Positions 5,170-8,989 of a DNA stretch of 8,989 nucleotides are shown here, in pieces. How positions within the stretch are numbered: the stretch's first letter is position 1; every line of letters begins with the position of its first letter. Origin of the DNA: Geobacter sp. UBA6802 (GTDB lineage Bacteria > Desulfobacterota > Desulfuromonadia > Geobacterales > Pseudopelobacteraceae); assembly GCA_002452325.1 (NCBI GenBank), contig DKFG01000025.1:1-8989 (forward strand), read 5' to 3'. Below the pieces are notes generated by a model that searched no databases, had not been told where the DNA came from, and worked only from the letters and a program-made list of their open reading frames with translations. The translations under genes and the position numbers were made by a program.

Positions 5170-6714
5170 TTACTCCGGCTCCGGCACCAGGCCATAGTGG
5201 TACTCATGAGCCTCGTACTCTCGTGCCTGTTTCAGTATGTCACCAACTGTTTGCGGCTTGGGTAGCCGCTCAAACCTCATGCGGGCGCTGTCACCGAAGG
5301 CTGAAGCCGGAAACTGCTGCAGAAACCGTTGCCACTGTTCATAAGCGGCTTCCGGCAGCCCCATCTCTTCAAGGGTCTTGGCATACTGAAATTGTGCCTT
5401 TTCCTGTTGTTCGATAGTCAGTCGTTTACTATCAAGCAGGTGTTCCAGTGATCTGCTGGCCATATCCAGATCGCCATGCCGGTAGAGCAGCACGGCTGCA
5501 CGCATTTCAAACTCCAGGTCGTGGGGCCGCCGGTACACGCCGTAACATTCACGGTACACCTCCGGCAGTTCTGCAGGCGCATGCTTCAGCATCAGACCCA
5601 GCGCCCTGCGGTAATGGATCCAGCCCTGTTCGGTCGGATAGTTGAATGACTTGATGCGGGCCAGTTGCAGCCAGGCCAAATGGTTTTCCGGATTTTTACG
5701 CAGCACGGTCTGGAGCGACTTCTCGGCGCCGCTAAAGCCTCCGGCAGCGTCTGATCCGGCGGTGATAATGGTCTTGCCGCTCAGGATGCCCAGCCCCAGA
5801 TCAAGGTGGCGTTCTTCCACCCCGTCATGCTGCATCCCTTTGCGGTAGGCGATGATAATACCGGTTACAAGCCCGCCAATGTGCGCCCAATGACCGGTTG
5901 AGCTTTCAGACACGCCCAGCAACTGCCCGATCCCGTCTTGCAGGTCCAGCGCAAAGTAGAGGCCGATCAGGGCAAAGGCATTCATCCTGATCTTCATGTT
6001 AATCGGCAATATCCCCAACAGCGGCAAGGGAAACACCATCTGGCGATAGTAGCAGCGCACCAGATAGAGCCCCATCAGACCGGCTATGGCGCCGGATGCC
6101 CCCAGGCTGTGCAGGGTTTCACCAGCAAACAGACCATACATGATCAAAGATAGCAGGTTGCCGGCAACACCGGCCAACAGGTAATACTTTACAAATTGCC
6201 AGCGTGGCAGCCGCCGCTCCATGGCTGAGCCAAACACCCACAGAAAAAACATATTGCCGATCAGGTGGCCGGGCCCGGCATGCAGAAACAGGGAGGTAAA
6301 CAGACTGATCGGCACATTTAAAAGGGTGGAATCCATCGGCAACCAGATCAGATCCTGTGATGCCGCCTGCAGATCATCACTGGTCAGCAGGTAGCAGAAG
6401 CTGTTTAAGGCCAACAGACCAAAGGTAATCCAGGGGATCTCTTTACGCCGATCGGCGTCATCTGCATGGGGCATCCACCAGATGCTCAGGTTTTCTTTCA
6501 GGGTTTTGCGTATGCCCAGGCCACTGGTTGCAGAACTCAGCAGCAGATAAAAAATAAAGCCGCCGGAAAAGAGCCAGAGAAAAACAAGGCTTGAAAGCAG
6601 CTTCTGCCCGCTGAAGACCAGCAACATCAACGCCACCGATTTGGCGATGAAGAGCTGCTCGGGGTGCGCCTCGGCCCAGGCGTCAAAGCGGTTGTGGAGG
6701 GAGTCGATATCCAT
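5170..6714 (-). CDS. Rhomboid-family intramembrane serine protease with an N-terminal extra membrane hairpin and a C-terminal TPR-like domain (514 aa; GluP/YqgP-like architecture)
   Basis: The rhomboid signature motifs are HAGPGHLIGNMFFLWVFG (H..xH...N), GASGAIAGLMG (catalytic Ser207, codon 6096-6094) and HWAHIGGLVTG (catalytic His278, codon 5883-5881). The C-terminal ~200 aa are helical-repeat-like (LAWLQLARI..., AAVLLYRHGDLDMASRSLEHLL, AQFQYAKTLEEMGLPEAAYEQWQRFLQQFP). The SD is weak (GGA), but an in-frame TAA 7 codons upstream excludes a longer ORF. Confidence 0.9.
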   Translation of the reverse strand: MDIDSLHNRFDAWAEAHPEQLFIAKSVALMLLVFSGQKLLSSLVFLWLFSGGFIFYLLLSSATSGLGIRKTLKENLSIWWMPHADDADRRKEIPWITFGLLALNSFCYLLTSDDLQAASQDLIWLPMDSTLLNVPISLFTSLFLHAGPGHLIGNMFFLWVFGSAMERRLPRWQFVKYYLLAGVAGNLLSLIMYGLFAGETLHSLGASGAIAGLMGLYLVRCYYRQMVFPLPLLGILPINMKIRMNAFALIGLYFALDLQDGIGQLLGVSESSTGHWAHIGGLVTGIIIAYRKGMQHDGVEERHLDLGLGILSGKTIITAGSDAAGGFSGAEKSLQTVLRKNPENHLAWLQLARIKSFNYPTEQGWIHYRRALGLMLKHAPAELPEVYRECYGVYRRPHDLEFEMRAAVLLYRHGDLDMASRSLEHLLDSKRLTIEQQEKAQFQYAKTLEEMGLPEAAYEQWQRFLQQFPASAFGDSARMRFERLPKPQTVGDILKQAREYEAHEYHYGLVPEPE

Positions 6715-6767
6715 GAATGATCCAGTAGTTGACGGTTAGTAAGCTATACCATGTTTTTCTGTAGCGT

Positions 6768-6797
6768 ATAATCGGACGGGGTACCTGGAAACGTCAA
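6768..6797 (-). promoter_or_regulatory. Putative sigma70 promoter of the rhomboid gene; its -10-proximal part is a degenerate relative of the conserved motif
   Basis: The minus strand reads TTGACG (6797-6792), an 18-nt spacer, then GATTAT (6773-6768). The spacer end plus -10 reads CGTCCGATTAT, compared with the consensus TGTCCGTCTAAT. Confidence 0.38.
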
Positions 6798-6830
6798 GAC
6801 TCATGAAATGCAGCCCTCCATCCGGAAAAA

Positions 6831-7067
6831 CTAGTCCATCGGATCCCTGTCTGGCCTGATCAGATCATCGGTATCTCGTTTAACCGGCTCATCTTTTTTG
6901 CCGTTACTGATCACCAGCATAACTCCACCAACAGCCACAAAAGCCACCACCATGGCAATCAGGCGCGTAGCCCCCTGCAGGCCAAGCAGCGATACCCCGC
7001 CACTGGCGCAGGCTCCAGCGATCAGTATCTGCATGAAGCTCAGTTTTCCCTTTTCCGGTTCAAACAT
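6831..7067 (-). CDS. Small membrane protein (78 aa, two hydrophobic helices, acidic/basic C-terminal tail); family not recognised
   Basis: The SD GGTGGGG lies 5 nt before the ATG at 7067. The two TM-like segments are FMQILIAGACASGGVSLLGL and LIAMVVAFVAVGGVMLVI. It is preceded by motif copy 3. Coding status rests on the RBS, hydrophobicity pattern and GC-rich codon third positions only. Confidence 0.62.
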   Translation of the reverse strand: MFEPEKGKLSFMQILIAGACASGGVSLLGLQGATRLIAMVVAFVAVGGVMLVISNGKKDEPVKRDTDDLIRPDRDPMD

Positions 7068-7098
7068 GTTTACCCCACCTTGTTTTTGATATAGTTCT

Positions 7099-7110
7099 TT
7101 TGACGGACAG
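7099..7110 (-). promoter_or_regulatory. Conserved motif copy 3: cTGTCCGTCAAA (one mismatch), ending 31 nt upstream of the ATG at 7067
   Basis: It matches 10 of 11 consensus positions and is oriented with the downstream minus-strand gene. A possible -35 TTGAAA lies 16 nt upstream of TCAAAA. It forms an inverted pair with copy 4, which lies 41 nt away. Confidence 0.45.
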
Positions 7111-7150
7111 CAGAGGTAATTTCAACAAACTTTTTCATCTGCATAAATCG

Positions 7151-7162
7151 GTGTCCGTCTAA
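7151..7162 (+). promoter_or_regulatory. Conserved motif copy 4: gTGTCCGTCTAA, on the plus strand upstream of the 366-aa gene
   Basis: It is an exact 11-mer oriented with the plus-strand gene. It ends 80 nt before the mini-ORF ATG at 7243 and 91-103 nt before the candidate starts of the main ORF. Confidence 0.5.
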
Positions 7163-7253
7163 TCAATGTATGGCACAAACGTGCTGTATAAACAGTGAAT
7201 GCTGTCATGGACGTATTTCACGTTAGAAAGGACCAGAGCACCATGCAGGCCGG

Positions 7254-8354
7254 GTGTCTATGCAGATGAATCAGGAACAGAATAAAAATCCGCTGATTGT
7301 ACAAGAAGACGCAGAAGGCTTGAGCATTACGGTTCATACTGCTCCGACTGAGCCGGACTTCACCAGTATGCTGGTCTATTTTGTCGGAATTGCCATGACG
7401 CTGGCAGGTGGCGCTGTCATCGTCAACTCCAATAACTGGTTTGGCCTGCTGCCGCTTTTGACAGGGTTCAGCCTGACCATGCTCATGTATTGGTATCGCA
7501 CCATCAAAAAACAGGGGGCTGTCAACCACTACTGCGTATCAGTAGCAGGTGATACCGCAACCTTTATCCACAACAGACGTACTATGGCAGTGCTCTCCCG
7601 CTCAAAAATCGGGCGGATCTGGATAACCGAGCATCGACGCAGCGGTATGCCGGTCGGACATGACATTACTGTCTATCATGACGGTATTGAACAGCATCTG
7701 TTTACTATCAACGATGCCGTAGAAACACTGGGCAGCGGCGATCAACTGCTTGATCTGATTGTAACCTACCTGAACAGTGCACCTGCCGGAAAAGAATCAC
7801 CACAGGGCACGGCAACAGAACCGTCTGCTGCGGAAGCCGAGCCGCCTGCAGAGGCTGGCGGCACTATTCTTTCCGGCTATCGCAGTGACTATGCAACAAA
7901 CACAACACCGGCGGCACGTGACACCAGTGAACTGGCGCCGCTGAAGGTGCGTATTGGCTACTCGCTGGCAATGGCGCTGCTCCTGCTGCTGCTTGTCTTT
8001 CTGCCGTATCACCCATCAATTGCGTGGATAGTGCCGTTTTATGACGACAGTTTATGGAACTTCTTTATGATATTTGCCACCCAATGGATTATCGCCCCGC
8101 TGGCGTTTTCTATAGTTCTGAGTTTCTGCGGGGCCTGTAATTGTCGTCATGACGGCAAAGACTGGATCATGTGGCCGTTTCTGCCAATGGTCTCTGCCTG
8201 GCTCCTGCAAAGTGCCATAAACTTAGTGACAAAGCAGTTTGCTCTGGATATTCCTGATAGTGTGATTGTTGTGGCCATGGTTGCGTTGATGAGCTGGATA
8301 TTCTTCCGGGTGATCAACGGCTGTTCCTGTGGTTCGCACCCGGAACGGGGGTGA
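7254..8354 (+). CDS. Two-module membrane protein (about 362-366 aa): N-terminal TM hairpin plus a possible bacterial PH-like (DUF304-like) domain, a Pro/Ala/Glu linker, and a C-terminal 4-TM module with Cys clusters
   Basis: It is a long ORF with an ambiguous start: GTG 7254, ATG 7260 or ATG 7266. The first part is a TM pair (MLVYFVGIAMTLAGGAVIV / LLPLLTGFSLTMLMYWY) followed by ...YCVSVAGDTATFIH...LSRSKIGRIWITEH...ITVYHDG, which resembles the TM-TM-PH layout of YdbS/YdbT. The linker is APAGKESPQGTATEPSAAEAEPPAEAGG. The C-terminal hydrophobic module contains CGACNCRHDG and NGCSCGSH. Confidence 0.8.
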   Translation: MSMQMNQEQNKNPLIVQEDAEGLSITVHTAPTEPDFTSMLVYFVGIAMTLAGGAVIVNSNNWFGLLPLLTGFSLTMLMYWYRTIKKQGAVNHYCVSVAGDTATFIHNRRTMAVLSRSKIGRIWITEHRRSGMPVGHDITVYHDGIEQHLFTINDAVETLGSGDQLLDLIVTYLNSAPAGKESPQGTATEPSAAEAEPPAEAGGTILSGYRSDYATNTTPAARDTSELAPLKVRIGYSLAMALLLLLLVFLPYHPSIAWIVPFYDDSLWNFFMIFATQWIIAPLAFSIVLSFCGACNCRHDGKDWIMWPFLPMVSAWLLQSAINLVTKQFALDIPDSVIVVAMVALMSWIFFRVINGCSCGSHPERG

Positions 8355-8391
8355 ACAAGGACGTTTTATCCGTAAAATTTGTTGTACAGGC

Positions 8392-8420
8392 TTGATGACC
8401 TGGCGGAACCAGGCTATAGA
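8392..8420 (+). promoter_or_regulatory. Putative sigma70 promoter of the DUF4190-like gene
   Basis: TTGATG (8392-8397) is followed by a 17-nt spacer and TATAGA(AT) (8415-8420). The spacer contains the hairpin CCTGG-CGGAA-CCAGG (8399-8413). The SD GGTAGGAG is at 8425-8432 and the ATG at 8442. Confidence 0.42.
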
Positions 8421-8441
8421 ATCCGGTAGGAGATTGAATCA

Positions 8442-8681
8442 ATGAATCAATCACAACTTGATAGCATCTTGAAATGGGGGATTATCTTTTCCCTCTTCTG
8501 GTTGGCCGGTATTGGGTCGCTTGTGGCGGTTATACTGGGGCTTAAGGCACGCAAGGCGATTAGAGCATCAGATGGTAAACTTGTCGGTTCTGGCAGGGTG
8601 CGTTGGTGCCTGATCGTTGGTGGGTTGGGGCTGGCACTTTGGGTGCCGATTGTGGTTATTGGGGTGGTGAATCAGTTGTAG
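8442..8681 (+). CDS. Small DUF4190-like membrane protein (79 aa)
   Basis: It has two TM helices separated by a basic loop (GIIFSLFWLAGIGSLVAVILGLKARKAIRASDGKLVGSGRVRWCLIVGGLGLALWVPIVVIGV). This matches the 'hydrophobic-GL.AR..I......G.G.....I.GG.G' layout remembered for DUF4190 proteins. The SD is good. Confidence 0.72.
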   Translation: MNQSQLDSILKWGIIFSLFWLAGIGSLVAVILGLKARKAIRASDGKLVGSGRVRWCLIVGGLGLALWVPIVVIGVVNQL

Positions 8682-8690
8682 GGCGAGTAT

Positions 8691-8702
8691 TTGTCCGGCT
8701 AA
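8691..8702 (+). promoter_or_regulatory. Conserved motif copy 5: tTGTCCGGCTAA (one mismatch), ending 35 nt upstream of the ATG at 8738
   Basis: It matches 10 of 11 consensus positions and is oriented with the downstream plus-strand gene. It overlaps a sigma70-like arrangement of TTGTAG (8676-8681), an 18-nt spacer and TAATAT (8700-8705). Confidence 0.45.
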
Positions 8703-8737
8703 TATTTGGATACAATTCAACAGAGGAGGGAAAACGA

Positions 8738-8989
8738 ATGATGATGAAACGAATTGTTGCCGCACTGCTGCTTATCATGGGCTGTTTGCTGGTCGGCACG
8801 CCGGGTCCGGTCGAGGCTGCCTCTAGCAAACAGACGGCCTCTGACAAAAACGCACTATTTCCCTATGAGGTCGACGGCAAATACGGCTATATCAACAAAC
8901 AGGGCCAGATGGTGATGGAACCGCAGTTTGATAATGCATTTAGTTTTTCCGACGGCCTGGCCCTTATCAAGCAAGGTGGCAAATACGGC
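8738..8989 (+). CDS. Secreted WG-repeat (KWG-type beta-propeller-like repeat) protein, N-terminal fragment; continues past the right window edge
   Basis: My own translation from the ATG at 8738, which follows the SD GAGGAGGG at 8723-8730, gives MMMKRIVAALLLIMGCLLVGTPGPVEAASSKQTASDKNALFPYEVDGKYGYINKQGQMVMEPQFDNAFSFSDGLALIKQGGKYG. There is a signal peptide (VEA|AS). 'GKYGYINKQGQ.V.EPQFD.A..FS.GLA.IK..GKYG' is the WG_beta_rep consensus. The frame is open to the window end. This ORF is not in the supplied track because it is truncated. Confidence 0.85.
   Translation, partial: MMMKRIVAALLLIMGCLLVGTPGPVEAASSKQTASDKNALFPYEVDGKYGYINKQGQMVMEPQFDNAFSFSDGLALIKQGGKYG

Noticed and set aside
7070-7144. 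24-codon minus-strand ORF (MQMKKFVEITSAVRQKNYIKNKVG) spanning motif copy 3 and ending 2 nt before the 78-aa gene start
   Set aside because: There is no convincing SD upstream of its ATG. It would place the conserved DNA motif inside a coding sequence in only one of the five copies. It is most likely a chance ORF in an AT-rich intergenic region.
7171-7185. Sigma54-like sequence TGGCAC-AAACG-TGCT in the leader of the 366-aa gene
   Set aside because: The -24 half is perfect, but the GC of the -12 element is one nucleotide too close (GG-N9-GC instead of the essentially invariant GG-N10-GC). No enhancer-binding-protein gene or upstream activator repeats are visible. It is worth a look only if transcription-start mapping places a start near 7196.
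8361-8384. AT-only hairpin TTTTA-TCCG-TAAAA followed by TTTG after the 366-aa gene, as a possible terminator
   Set aside because: The stem is only 5 A/T base pairs, too weak to call an intrinsic terminator. The 366-aa and DUF4190-like genes may or may not be co-transcribed.
1-8989. CRISPR arrays, tRNA/rRNA genes, transposase/IS ends, toxin-antitoxin pairs and known defence-system hallmarks (nucleases, ATPases, reverse transcriptase, TIR/SIR2 domains)
   Set aside because: I scanned both strands by eye. I saw no spaced direct repeats, no cloverleaf-like segments, no terminal inverted repeats flanking an ORF, and no P-loop, HNH, PD-(D/E)xK or RT motifs in any ORF translation.

Overview
The window has about 10 confident protein-coding genes and no rRNA, tRNA, CRISPR array or transposase. 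The left edge (1-856) is an integrative-element control module. It holds the N-terminus of a tyrosine integrase, translationally overlapped by an upstream excisionase-like HTH gene. Both are divergent from a small XRE-family repressor, with palindromes in the shared promoter region. The rest (865-8989) consists almost entirely of envelope proteins. These are a 449-aa membrane-anchored orphan, a 207-aa polytopic membrane orphan and a secreted cysteine-rich MORN-like protein. They are followed by a short MotA/PomA-like channel subunit that lacks the large cytoplasmic loop and has no MotB/ExbD/TolR partner in the window. Next come a rhomboid protease fused to TPR-like repeats, a 78-aa membrane protein and a 366-aa two-module membrane protein. 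A DUF4190-like small membrane protein and the start of a secreted WG-repeat protein complete the set. The most notable signal is an 11-nt word, TGTCCGTCTAA. It is exact three times and has one mismatch twice. It is always intergenic, always on the coding strand of the downstream gene, and in four of five cases lies 31-41 nt before the start codon. This suggests these otherwise unrelated envelope genes share a promoter or operator and form one regulon, but no matching sigma factor or regulator gene is visible here. The secreted MORN-like gene sits in a ~1.5 kb block of ~40% GC between ~57-60% GC flanks (hand counts of sample lines). That block has its own sigma70-like promoter and a strong terminator but no copy of the motif, so it looks like a later insertion. 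A ~125-nt long-range hairpin element with an A6/T6 clamp precedes the 449-aa gene and may be an uncharacterised leader or attenuator. All functional calls come from reading the translated ORFs and remembering family motifs. No database search was possible.
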